Origin: an uncultured virus (IMG/VR IMGVR_UViG_3300043435_001124)
Taxonomy: Duplodnaviria; Heunggongvirae; Uroviricota; Caudoviricetes
Virus record (IMG/VR): IMGVR_UViG_3300043435_001124
Strand: one strand, 5' to 3'
Length of the DNA stretch: 64,000 bases
Below are positions 54,687 through 64,000 of the stretch, piece by piece; within the stretch, counting starts at the first letter, position 1; every line of letters starts with the position of its first letter. The position numbers and the translations under genes are program-made. The notes under the pieces were generated by a model. It searched no databases and was not told the origin of the DNA. It saw only the letters and a program-made list of their open reading frames with translations.

Positions 54687-55024
54687 GTTTCTTCAATTCC
54701 GATATAGTTAGAGCAGAGATGAGTGAAATATCTATTTTACAAGACGATATTTATAGAAATATATTCACTTTTCCCGCAATGAATACTGAGGAAAAAAAGT
54801 TTCATATAAGTCTTTTAGAAAAACTTTTAAGTAAGCAAAAAATTCTTTATACTCGTCTGAGTTTATCTGATGATCCAGAGGCAATTGAGATGAAAGAAAA
54901 AATTGTTGAGTCTGCAACAATGATGGGTATGTCACCAAATGTTGATATGAATATTATTTTTAATAATATGATGAGATTAATTGAAACCATGAAAGAACAA
55001 CTTGACTTTCCTGAAGAGGGGTAG
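54683..55024 (+). CDS. DUF1825-like protein
   Basis: FF.SDIV; KQKILYTRLSLSDDPEA. Confidence 0.7.
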   Translation: MSFFNSDIVRAEMSEISILQDDIYRNIFTFPAMNTEEKKFHISLLEKLLSKQKILYTRLSLSDDPEAIEMKEKIVESATMMGMSPNVDMNIIFNNMMRLIETMKEQLDFPEEG

Positions 55025-55091
55025 TAGAATAATTATGGGCTGGACGATCCCTTAAGCAAAGTCATAAAGGCCAAATCTGCACTGAAATAAA

Positions 55092-56036
55092 ATGTCATTT
55101 GAATCTCTAAAAAAACAATCTAAACTTGGTTCTCTTACTGATAAACTAGTAAAAGAAGTTGAAAAAATGAATACTAGTGGTGCTGGAGGAACCGATGAAC
55201 GCTTCTGGAAACCGACTATGGGCAAAGGAGATGTAGGTTCTGCAGTTATCCGTTTCCTTCCTGCTCCCGGTGATGAAGATCTACCTTGGGTAAAACTATA
55301 TAATCACGCATTTCAGGGAACTGGTGGTTGGTTGATCGACAACTGCTCCACTACAATTAGTCAGAAGTGTCCAGTATGTGCGTCAAACACTGAACTTTGG
55401 AACTCCGGAAACGACCGCGATAAAGAAACAGTTCGTCAACGGAAGCGTAAACTATCATATTATTCAAACATCTATGTAATTAAAGATCCTGCAAATCCAG
55501 AAAACGAAGGTAAGATCTTTCTCTTTAAATTTGGTAAGAAAATCTTTGATAAGATTCTGAACGCAATGCAACCAGAATTTGAAGATGAGGCACCCATCAA
55601 TCCGTTTGATTTTTGGGTGGGCGCAAACTTCCGTCTCAAGATTCGTAAGGTAGAGGGTTATTGGAACTACGATAAGTCAGAGTTTGATTCACCAGAACCT
55701 CTTATGGATGATGATGATGCTCTAGAAGCACTCTGGAAGAAAGAATATTCGCTCTCTGCAATTGTTGCTCCTGATCAATTCAAGTCCTATGATGAACTTG
55801 AAAAGCGTCTAAATTCTGTTCTTGGTATTGGTAAAGTTGCTCCCAAGACATCTACTGCTGATGAAGAAGAGCGTTATGAATCTTATGCTTCAAAGCAAAA
55901 CACTGAAGAAAATGTGATGCAGGAACTTGAAGAATCTTATCGCAAGAGTAAGAATGTAGAACTTCCTAAAGTTACTTCAAGTGATGATGAAGAAGATGAT
56001 GCGATGAGTTACTTTTCTAAACTAGCGAATTCTTGA
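55092..56036 (+). CDS. 32: Single-stranded DNA-binding protein gp32
   Basis: AVIRFLPA; H.F...NC...CPVC; FGKKIFDK; NYDKSEF; acidic tail. Confidence 0.96.
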   Translation: MSFESLKKQSKLGSLTDKLVKEVEKMNTSGAGGTDERFWKPTMGKGDVGSAVIRFLPAPGDEDLPWVKLYNHAFQGTGGWLIDNCSTTISQKCPVCASNTELWNSGNDRDKETVRQRKRKLSYYSNIYVIKDPANPENEGKIFLFKFGKKIFDKILNAMQPEFEDEAPINPFDFWVGANFRLKIRKVEGYWNYDKSEFDSPEPLMDDDDALEALWKKEYSLSAIVAPDQFKSYDELEKRLNSVLGIGKVAPKTSTADEEERYESYASKQNTEENVMQELEESYRKSKNVELPKVTSSDDEEDDAMSYFSKLANS

Positions 56037-57167
56037 TTACTCAAATAGTCTGATATTATCGCCTCTTTTTAAGGTGGAGTTCACATATTGATCTCCACCT
56101 TTTTTGTATGTCATCAATTCTTCCATATCATTAAAAATAACACTTAGATATATTGGTTTCAAAATATAGATATTTCTTTTTTCTTCTTCAATTTTTAATT
56201 CATACTCATAATTTGTTACCGGTCTTATGAAAGAAGTTGAAGGAACTTGAACTGTATTACTAAGTCCAGCATCCCAATATTCATAGTAATATGCGGTTAA
56301 ACTTTTAATTGTAAGTTCATCAACCCAATTAAATCCCGTATAAATCCACAAATTTCCAGTTTCAGAGTCAACTACGGCATTTCCCGATACTGCATTTGGA
56401 AATTGATTTTGTAAAACTTCATCTGATGAATTTAGTATAGATCCAATAGGTGTAAATGTGGTATTTAATGTAAAAATAATTTTCTCTTTTTTGGATGTGG
56501 ATATTACCGGATTACTGATAATAGGAACTGATGGGAGTTCATAAGTAAATCCTTTATCAAAAACTGTCGTTGCAATGAATTTACCATTATATTCTCTTTC
56601 AGATATTCCATCAATCGTGACTTGACTACCCACAAATATTCCAGGAATATTCGTTGTCATATCAACTTTTATATTTGTACCGGTAGCAGTTATATCCGCA
56701 ATAGTTGAATTTATAATTTCAATAAAATTTCCATTTGTTTTCCAAGTGGGAGAAATTGTTAAACCACCTTTAAGAACTGTAATACCTAATGAGTTCTTAA
56801 TTTCTTCTGTTTCATAATGATGAATACCATTATAAAGATTATCATAAGAACCATAACGCTCTAACATAACCTTTTCAAAGGTTATTTGAGTCATCGGCCA
56901 TTCTGATTGAATATTCAGAATGTTATTTGAAAGAAGAACAACCCAATCTAATGTTTCTTCATCATAAAACTTATAAGCAACATTATCAGGCCGTTCATCA
57001 CCAATAATTGAATACTTCTCAAAGAATTGGAGATTAGCAAAAATATCTTCTCTTAATTTTCCACGCTTAAAAAGATTTTTTACCGGAATATATTCGGAGA
57101 TATATTTGTCTCCTATGTCTCTAGAAACATATTCAAAGTTTGGAACCTGTCTGAAGTAAGATGCCAT
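56037..57167 (-). CDS. 53: Baseplate wedge subunit gp53 (with internal insertion)
   Basis: YF...PN..Y; ERPDNVA...Y; WVVLL.N; EWP; IHHYET; VTNYEYE. Confidence 0.85.
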   Translation of the reverse strand: MASYFRQVPNFEYVSRDIGDKYISEYIPVKNLFKRGKLREDIFANLQFFEKYSIIGDERPDNVAYKFYDEETLDWVVLLSNNILNIQSEWPMTQITFEKVMLERYGSYDNLYNGIHHYETEEIKNSLGITVLKGGLTISPTWKTNGNFIEIINSTIADITATGTNIKVDMTTNIPGIFVGSQVTIDGISEREYNGKFIATTVFDKGFTYELPSVPIISNPVISTSKKEKIIFTLNTTFTPIGSILNSSDEVLQNQFPNAVSGNAVVDSETGNLWIYTGFNWVDELTIKSLTAYYYEYWDAGLSNTVQVPSTSFIRPVTNYEYELKIEEEKRNIYILKPIYLSVIFNDMEELMTYKKGGDQYVNSTLKRGDNIRLFE

Positions 57168-57168
57168 T

Positions 57169-58575
57169 TTAGTAACCTATTGAAGAATCTAATCCGCCAC
57201 CAATTGCTTTATCTGCTTCTGCATAATCATCATCATAAATTGCTTCAAGTTCTGTAAATTGAAGACCTATTTCATAAGAAGTCATAGCACCATCTCCAAA
57301 AGTAGCATAACTTCCTGCAGGAGTATAATTCACAGTACACCCAGTAAGAGCACATTCTTTTATTCTATTAATCCAAGGATGATCTTTCTGAGTTATTCCG
57401 TAAATGTATTTAATCTCAAATGTATGAGGTGCCTTTAAAAATAAATCAGTTTCTGCTCTCTTTACTGACATTCCTTGTTTAAAAAATCTTATAATATTGC
57501 GAATATTTTTTGATTCATTTGGTTCTCTTGCGGATAAAGTAAAATTAAATTGGAAAGTTCTAAGTTGAGGACCTTCAAATAGTAACTCTATATTTGGATT
57601 TATTATTCCTCCAAGTACTCTAGGAACAAGACCTTTAACTTGTGCTGCCTGTCCTGCAAAATATGCCGCCGCCGCATTCTTTAGAGATTCCATAGCACCA
57701 CTTGATGCAAATAATTTTTCTATGCCAGTTATTGATTCTGTAGCACCAACGACACCATTGTTAATACTGCCGAGTGCAACTGCTGCTGCGATTCCTTCAA
57801 ATGCATTCATGGTGTCTTCTCCCCATTTAACAGTATTTGTGTCTGAAATGGAAGGTTGAATAGGAAGAACAACAGTACTTCCTCTTGTTTTAGCCTCTAG
57901 TCTATCTTCAACTGCCTTTCCTTCTCCCAATAATTTGGGACTTAATTTTCTTGGTCTATATTCAAGCATAGTGAATTGTATATAATCTTGTGTCTCATCC
58001 ATATTAATTGGATATCTTAATAAAGATTTATCTGGATATTGAGTTACTAATCTTGTTTTCTTACTACCTGCTATTTGAGTATTAGTTAAATTAGTTAATC
58101 CCTGTTCAACTCTACCGGCAGTTGCTCCAGTTTCTCCGTCAGGTTGGTCTCCAGATGGTGGCGTATCTACTCGTCCGTTCTGTAGTAATTCGTTAGTTCT
58201 TTTTTGTCTCGTTTGTAGATCAACATTCAAGTCTCTTTGGGCATTATTTGAAGTCTCTCTCGCTTTATCTTTTACTTGTTGTAGTGCTTGTGGTTGTTGA
58301 GCAAATGCTTTTTTTTCGTTTTCTGTTATTCCATTTATTCCCAAGAATGCATCATTTGGAATAAATTTTCCTTTATTTGGACCTGTTGAGGGAATTGTTC
58401 CAACTGTGGCATCAAACTCATCAGCAAGTGCCGAATCTATGATTTGAGATCTATTAAATCTTTTTAACGTAATTTCTCCAGTTTCCGTATTTACTAATGT
58501 ATAATATGTTTGAGTAGAATCAACTGATGGAAGAGGGAATTGATTTTTATTTCTTGATCCATATACATTCGCCAT
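57169..58575 (-). CDS. 48: Baseplate tail-tube cap gp48
   Basis: LRYP; NPN.ELLFEGP.LR.F.F.F; I..IIRFFK; VNYTP.G; L.FTEL. Confidence 0.85.
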   Translation of the reverse strand: MANVYGSRNKNQFPLPSVDSTQTYYTLVNTETGEITLKRFNRSQIIDSALADEFDATVGTIPSTGPNKGKFIPNDAFLGINGITENEKKAFAQQPQALQQVKDKARETSNNAQRDLNVDLQTRQKRTNELLQNGRVDTPPSGDQPDGETGATAGRVEQGLTNLTNTQIAGSKKTRLVTQYPDKSLLRYPINMDETQDYIQFTMLEYRPRKLSPKLLGEGKAVEDRLEAKTRGSTVVLPIQPSISDTNTVKWGEDTMNAFEGIAAAVALGSINNGVVGATESITGIEKLFASSGAMESLKNAAAAYFAGQAAQVKGLVPRVLGGIINPNIELLFEGPQLRTFQFNFTLSAREPNESKNIRNIIRFFKQGMSVKRAETDLFLKAPHTFEIKYIYGITQKDHPWINRIKECALTGCTVNYTPAGSYATFGDGAMTSYEIGLQFTELEAIYDDDYAEADKAIGGGLDSSIGY

Positions 58576-58687
58576 CAGAACTCCTCCCTAACAAGGAACA
58601 TAAGAATCAAATTTGTTTCCCTTTTACGCAACATTAGAAATGGAAGTTCCTTATTCTTTATTTATAGTATATAAAAATAAATTTTAA

Positions 58688-59134
58688 TTAAAAAAGTTCG
58701 TTTTCTGTAATGACTTTGAACTTTATCATTCTATCTTCACACCACTCCACGATGGATTTCCATTTTGATTGATTAACGGCATAAGTATTCACTTCATTAA
58801 TATAAGTTTTATTTTTCTTTTTTCCTTGTACTGGCGGTACTGTTTGTCTTTTTGGTTTTATTTCTATTACATACTTTTGTATTTTTCCATTATCTTCTAA
58901 CATTTCTACAATAAAATCCGGAAAATATCTACATACTTTTTCTTTTACTGGATTATAATATGGTATAGAAAATTCTTCAGACCCATATCTTAATATATTT
59001 GGAGACCTATCACACCACTGCATAAACTTAAGTTCCCAACTGCTGCGGTAGATTATATTTTGAACGTCTCCAATATATTTTTTTGGATTTCTTGGATTAA
59101 ATCTACCCTGATGATATTTTGAATCACGAGGCAT
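58688..59134 (-). CDS. 4: Head completion protein gp4
   Basis: P.NP.KY.GD...I.YRSSWE; SEE..IPY; RYFPDF; EIKP; N..KW. Confidence 0.92.
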   Translation of the reverse strand: MPRDSKYHQGRFNPRNPKKYIGDVQNIIYRSSWELKFMQWCDRSPNILRYGSEEFSIPYYNPVKEKVCRYFPDFIVEMLEDNGKIQKYVIEIKPKRQTVPPVQGKKKNKTYINEVNTYAVNQSKWKSIVEWCEDRMIKFKVITENELF

Positions 59135-59588
59135 TTTTCCATCCTTTATGTGATTTTCTTTTTCCAGAAAGAACAGAACCTAATTTTGATGGGTTTAAAT
59201 TTAATTCTTTACTTATATGAGTTATGCAATCAAATTCAACTATTTCCCCATCCTTAGAAATTATTTTTCCTCCTTTTTGTAGATGTGGATAAGTATGTCC
59301 TTTATTATGTGCAGGTTTTCCTCTTCTTTTTTCTACAGATGCTTTAATTGCTTTACTCATATCCCTTCCACTTTTCGCTTCTCTCATCAATTCCAAAGTT
59401 TCTTCAGAATAGATTCCAATTTTTCCTTTATTCCAAGGAGTGTGATTTTTTTCAAATCCTCCAAGAGAATTGTTAATTTTTTCTACGGAATCAATATATT
59501 CTATTTTAATAATTTCACTACCATCAATATTAAAAACATCACATAATGTTTTAGTATTCCAGTATTCTACTTTTTTTATATTTGACAT
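59124..59588 (-). CDS. Endonuclease-associated DNA-binding (NUMOD3/NUMOD1-like) protein
   Basis: PWNKGK...SEET...M..AK; AHNKG; C-terminal HTH ending GKRKSHKGW. Confidence 0.65.
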   Translation of the reverse strand: MSNIKKVEYWNTKTLCDVFNIDGSEIIKIEYIDSVEKINNSLGGFEKNHTPWNKGKIGIYSEETLELMREAKSGRDMSKAIKASVEKRRGKPAHNKGHTYPHLQKGGKIISKDGEIVEFDCITHISKELNLNPSKLGSVLSGKRKSHKGWKNAS

Positions 59589-59595
59589 ATTGAAC

Positions 59596-59628
59596 TATAA
59601 ATATATAATAAACTGTAGAATATTTATA
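59596..59628. promoter_or_regulatory. Overlapping oppositely oriented late promoters
   Basis: TATAAATA on + at 59596-603 and on - at 59621-628. Confidence 0.7.
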
Positions 59629-59629
59629 G

Positions 59630-60511
59630 ATGGCTGCGCCTCGCCCAAGTAGAGTTAAATTAAGTGAAATAAAAACTAAGTTACTGAGACCAGCATTAAC
59701 CTCTCATTATATTTGCGACTTTCAACCACCAGATTCTGCAAATGGTTTTTTATTAGCAAGAGTACTTAATACACCAACAAAAAGAGCAGATAGATTATCT
59801 CTCGCTTGTTCTGATGCGTCTCTTCCGGGATCTTCCTTACAGACTCACGATATTACTAATGATTTTACCGGAGTTACTGAAAAACACGCATATCGCCGCT
59901 TGTATGACGACAGAGCAGATTTTAGTTTTTATGTAGATGCTGAGGAATATTATGTAATTGATTTTTTTGAATCTTGGATTGGATATACTGTGAATGAACA
60001 ATATGGAGAAAATGGGGTAAATATTGAAAGGAGAGCGTATAATTACCGTGTCAATTATTCAAAATATTATACTACTGATGCTCTTTCTATCACAAAGTTT
60101 GAAAGATCTTATGGTACTCAAGAAGCAAAAGGAAGTTCTTCGTTAAGATATAATTTTGTGAAAGCATTTCCGATTAGTATTAATTCTATGCCAGTATCTT
60201 ATGATTCCTCACAGTTACTTAAATGTACGGTCTCATTTACTTATAGTCGTTATTGGATTCAAGGATTAAATCTACGAGGAAAAACTGGCGAACCTGGTCA
60301 AACACCTGACACTGGAGTACCAAAATCTCAATTTGATATAACTCCACAAAAACTGGCAGAAGTAAATTCAAACTTTGGATTTACTTCAAATGTAGCATTA
60401 AGTAAAGGTAATATTTCTCCTGGCACAGTATTTGATACTCAATTGAGAACTGAATCTCTTTTGGATAGTAGTGCTTATGGATCTCGATTAAGAGATATAC
60501 CTCTTTTTTAA
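59630..60511 (+). CDS. Tail tube-like/baseplate tube initiator (gp54/gp19-like)
   Basis: L.CSDASLPG; R.Y; FFESW; AFPISI; KCTVSFTY. Confidence 0.7.
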   Translation: MAAPRPSRVKLSEIKTKLLRPALTSHYICDFQPPDSANGFLLARVLNTPTKRADRLSLACSDASLPGSSLQTHDITNDFTGVTEKHAYRRLYDDRADFSFYVDAEEYYVIDFFESWIGYTVNEQYGENGVNIERRAYNYRVNYSKYYTTDALSITKFERSYGTQEAKGSSSLRYNFVKAFPISINSMPVSYDSSQLLKCTVSFTYSRYWIQGLNLRGKTGEPGQTPDTGVPKSQFDITPQKLAEVNSNFGFTSNVALSKGNISPGTVFDTQLRTESLLDSSAYGSRLRDIPLF

Positions 60512-60562
60512 TTTAGCATAATCATTATAAATAAAGTAACTGAGTTTCTATATAAAGAAATT

Positions 60563-61279
60563 ATGCTTCCTAAAATTGCTACACCAACTTATGAACTTGA
60601 GTTGCCATCAACTGAGCAAACTATAAAGTTTAGACCGTTTCTAGTGAAAGAAGAAAAACTTCTTGTAATTGCACTAGAATCGGAAGATACTAAACAGATT
60701 ACAAATGCAATCAAAACAGTCATTAAGAATTGCATTGAAACCAAAGGAATTAAAGTGGAAACACTTCCTACTTTTGATATTGAATATTTGTTTTTAAATA
60801 TTCGTGCCAAGTCAGTTGGAGAAGAAATTGATGTAAATATCATTTGCCCTGATGATGAAGAAACTAGTGTTTCTGTTAAAATTAATGTAGATGATATTAA
60901 AGTTCAAACAAATGAAGATCATACAAATAAAATAAAACTTGATGATACTTTAATGATGGAAATGAAATATCCTTCATTGGAACAATTCATTAAGAATAAC
61001 TTTGATATTTCAAATAATAGTGCAATTGACCAATCATTTGAACTTGTTGCATCTTGTGTGAATAAAATCTATAATGAAGATGAGGTATGGGCAGCTGCTG
61101 ATGTGACTAAGAAAGAACTTATGGATTTCTTGGATCAAATGAATACTTCTCAATTTAAACAGATTGAAAAATTCTTTGAGACTATGCCTAAGTTATCTCA
61201 TACTATTAAAGTAAAAAATCCAAATACTGAAGTTGAAAGTGAAGTTGTTCTTGAGGGTCTATCAAGTTTTTTCGCTTAG
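60563..61279 (+). CDS. 26: Baseplate hub subunit gp26
   Basis: LPKI.TPTYEL.LPS; RPFLVKEEK; FDIEYLFL.IRAKSVGE; FFETMPKL; LEGL.SFF. Confidence 0.92.
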   Translation: MLPKIATPTYELELPSTEQTIKFRPFLVKEEKLLVIALESEDTKQITNAIKTVIKNCIETKGIKVETLPTFDIEYLFLNIRAKSVGEEIDVNIICPDDEETSVSVKINVDDIKVQTNEDHTNKIKLDDTLMMEMKYPSLEQFIKNNFDISNNSAIDQSFELVASCVNKIYNEDEVWAAADVTKKELMDFLDQMNTSQFKQIEKFFETMPKLSHTIKVKNPNTEVESEVVLEGLSSFFA

Positions 61280-61281
61280 GA

Positions 61282-61461
61282 ATGGTTCATATGGATCTTG
61301 AGAGTTATTTTAAATTGAATTTCTCATTGATGCAGTATCATAAATATTCATTAACAGAGATTGAAAATTTGATACCTTGGGAAAGAGATGTTTATGTGGA
61401 ACTTCTCAAGCAACATATAGAGGAAGAAGAGTCCAAACAGAAACTACAAGGTAATGGATAG
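61282..61461 (+). CDS. 51: Baseplate hub assembly protein gp51-like (not in ORF track)
   Basis: YFKLNFSLMQYHKYSLTEIENLIPWERDVYV. Confidence 0.85.
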   Translation: MVHMDLESYFKLNFSLMQYHKYSLTEIENLIPWERDVYVELLKQHIEEEESKQKLQGNG

Positions 61462-64000
61462 TAATCCAGGAAAAACTTCTACAGAAAATATTAACGAAGT
61501 AATTCTTAGATTGCTGAGGTTAAAATCTGGAACGGAACTGGATTATCAGACTTATGCTAAAAAAATAAAAATTAAATTAGCATCTTCAAGAATGGTGGGA
61601 GCATTTATTCCTGCCGAAGAAGATATATTATTAAGAGAAGAGTTTAAGAGAGTTAGAAATAAAGAAGGTAGATTTGTAATATTAACGAGTAAAAAAACAA
61701 AAGTATCTTCACCTCCACCACCTTCAGGATCTAGTGGAGGTGGTGGATCTCCTCCAAAAACAGGATCAATTGTAAAAGCAAAATCCGGAAAAATAACTGC
61801 AGATAATTATTATTATCAAAATTATGTTGAACCAGTAAATGTAAAAGATGTAACTAAAAATGTTGCAAAAGTTTCTAAACAAACAGATCCATTAATAAGA
61901 ATAAGTGACATTCTTGATTCAATATTAGAAACTTTAACTAATATTAATAATTTTGATAGAGAACAAGCAACCAGACAGAGAACAGATGCTGAAAATAGAA
62001 GAAGAGGTCAAAGAGAAACTGATTTAGAATCAAAACCATTTGAGGGAATTAAAAAAGCATTATCTGCAATTACAAAACCATTCCAATCAATATGGGATAA
62101 AATTGTTAATTTTATTACTAATGTTATTCTTGGTAGAATAGTAATTAAGTTACTTGAATGGTTTGGTGATCCTAAAAATCAAGAAAAAATACAAAGTATT
62201 ATAAGATTCTTAGGAGATCACTGGCCCACTCTCTTAGCATTATACTTAAGATTTGGAACTGGTATTGGTAGATTTGTTGGGAAATTAACTAGATCATTAG
62301 TAAAGGGATCATTTAAACTTGTTAAACTTGTTGCTGGACTTGCTGCAAAATTAGGATTAAAACGAGCAGGAAAAATAGCATCATTTCTTGGTGGACCAAG
62401 AGGAAAAGCAATAGCAACTGGTGTTGGAATTGCTGCTGATGTTGCTGTTACTGCTGGAACTGCATTTGGTGCAAGTAAACTATTTGGTGGAGAAGATAAG
62501 AAGCAAGAACCTGTTGCTCCAGAACCAGTTCAACAATTCTCTGGTGGTGGTAGTGTAAAAATACCGAAGTTTGCTGGTGGGGGGTTTGCAAACTTTGGTA
62601 ATATGTTTAAGGGAGCAGGAATGGGTTCAATGTTTGGACCTATGGGAATGCTTGCTGGTGCTGCATTGGGATCTGGTAAACCTCAAGAAATGTTTAGTGG
62701 TCTTGTTAAAGGCCCAGGTGGACCAAAAGATGATAAGATTCCTGCAAATCTTAGTAATGGTGAATTTGTTATGTCTGCCGGTGCCGTTAAGAAGTATGGT
62801 GTAGGTACTTTAGAATCAATGAATGCTGCTGGAGGTGGTACTAATATTCCAAAAATTGCAAATGGTATTGTTCATGCTGCTGGTGGTGGTTATGTTGGGA
62901 TGGATGTTGAAAAAGGACATAAATTATGGATAGAATACCTTAATAACAATCCAGATGCAACTTCTCGTGGAGGAAAACTTTATGATCGCATAGATCCCAA
63001 GACAAGAGAACCTATTAGTGATAATTATAAAAAATATCATAGACAATTTATGCGGGAGTATATGAAAAATGGAAAACCCCCAGAATGGGCGAATATTAAA
63101 TCAAAAACTACTAGAGTGAGTTCTCCATCTCCAGGATCCACACAGACACCACCAACATCTTCTAGACCACCTTCATCAACTTCAAGTGCAAGACCTCAAC
63201 CTGGTGTGGGACTTTCTACAAATGCAAAACCACCAGTTCAAAAAATTAACACAAATATGAACGTCCCTGGTGGTCGTATTCGTGGAGGTTCTCTTTCTGC
63301 GATAATGATGGCCCTTGAAATGAAGCAAAGAAAAGATGAGGGGCAAACAAATGTTCAAGCAGGATTAGGAGCAGGAGGTTCTGCCTTGGGTGGTCAACTT
63401 GGTTGGATGGCAGGAGCAAAAGCAGGTGCAGTTGCTGGAGCAGCACTTGGAACTATTGTTCCGGGAGTGGGAAATGGTGTCGGTGCTGCTGTTGGTGCAA
63501 TCGTGGGTGGTCTTGCTGCTGGTTATGGTGGAGCAATGTTGGGAGGAAAACTTGCTGATAATATTTCTGGAGTAAATGCGGTAAAGGAAAGAAATAGTCG
63601 TGGTGGAATTGGTGGTTCAGTTGTTGGTGGATATGGATTAAAGAAGCAGGAATTTAAAGATGCTCCTAAAACATCAATAATAACTGATGATAAGGGAAGA
63701 CCTTCTATTGGACATAAAGCATTAAGAAATGGAAAATTACATTATGTGAGGGGTCCTCAACCAGGAACTGGTACTAAAAATCCATTAGAAATGCTTGGTA
63801 GATTTATTAATCCAAGTGCTTATAAGGAAAATGATGCAAAACTTGAGAGACAAAAGCATAAAGAAGCAATGGTAAATGCATTAGAGGGTTATCAAGCACA
63901 AAACATGGCCCCTGACGCTCAAGCAAGAATGATGAAACAAATGGGTGGAAATCTAAAAGATGTTCAAAATGATTTGAATTATAGAAACAAACCTAAACCC
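61454..64000 (+). CDS. Large baseplate hub/tape-measure-like protein, 3'-partial (absent from track because no stop in window)
   Basis: Open from MDSNPGK to the window end; coiled coil; GPGGPKDDKIPA.LS.GEFV; glycine-zipper segments; follows gp26-gp51. Confidence 0.7.
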   Translation, partial: MDSNPGKTSTENINEVILRLLRLKSGTELDYQTYAKKIKIKLASSRMVGAFIPAEEDILLREEFKRVRNKEGRFVILTSKKTKVSSPPPPSGSSGGGGSPPKTGSIVKAKSGKITADNYYYQNYVEPVNVKDVTKNVAKVSKQTDPLIRISDILDSILETLTNINNFDREQATRQRTDAENRRRGQRETDLESKPFEGIKKALSAITKPFQSIWDKIVNFITNVILGRIVIKLLEWFGDPKNQEKIQSIIRFLGDHWPTLLALYLRFGTGIGRFVGKLTRSLVKGSFKLVKLVAGLAAKLGLKRAGKIASFLGGPRGKAIATGVGIAADVAVTAGTAFGASKLFGGEDKKQEPVAPEPVQQFSGGGSVKIPKFAGGGFANFGNMFKGAGMGSMFGPMGMLAGAALGSGKPQEMFSGLVKGPGGPKDDKIPANLSNGEFVMSAGAVKKYGVGTLESMNAAGGGTNIPKIANGIVHAAGGGYVGMDVEKGHKLWIEYLNNNPDATSRGGKLYDRIDPKTREPISDNYKKYHRQFMREYMKNGKPPEWANIKSKTTRVSSPSPGSTQTPPTSSRPPSSTSSARPQPGVGLSTNAKPPVQKINTNMNVPGGRIRGGSLSAIMMALEMKQRKDEGQTNVQAGLGAGGSALGGQLGWMAGAKAGAVAGAALGTIVPGVGNGVGAAVGAIVGGLAAGYGGAMLGGKLADNISGVNAVKERNSRGGIGGSVVGGYGLKKQEFKDAPKTSIITDDKGRPSIGHKALRNGKLHYVRGPQPGTGTKNPLEMLGRFINPSAYKENDAKLERQKHKEAMVNALEGYQAQNMAPDAQARMMKQMGGNLKDVQNDLNYRNKPKP

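Noticed and set aside
62571..63575. Small tracked ORFs at the window end
   Set aside because: They are alternative frames inside the long ORF running from 61454 off the end of the window.

Overview
This 64 kb, AT-rich window comes from a T4-like cyanomyovirus, probably a Synechococcus/Cyanobium phage and plausibly a freshwater one (inference). It uses the standard genetic code. In order it carries: the replication module (gp62, regA, hsp20, gp43, uvsX, gp41, mazG, gp61, nrdA/B); probable internal head proteins; a 7-tRNA cluster interleaved with several structured ncRNA candidates; a wcaG-type RNA followed by an 11-gene sugar-modification cluster; an SLH porin, pstS and two hli genes; a peptidase and endolysin; psbA split by a 240-nt group I intron with a free-standing GIY-YIG endonuclease behind it; a ~5 kb repeat-flanked insert; nrdC, speD, thyX, phoH, gp33, gp59 and gp32; and the start of the baseplate/tail module. 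The most notable observations are: (1) a stand-alone terminase ATPase domain, without the nuclease domain, between duplicated early promoters; (2) a late-promoter small RNA whose loop is antisense to the leader of the adjacent endonuclease gene; (3) the psbA intron/GIY-YIG pair with an unusual D1 processing site; (4) several unannotated-looking structured RNAs around the tRNA cluster. All family assignments come from motif recognition by eye, not from database searches.
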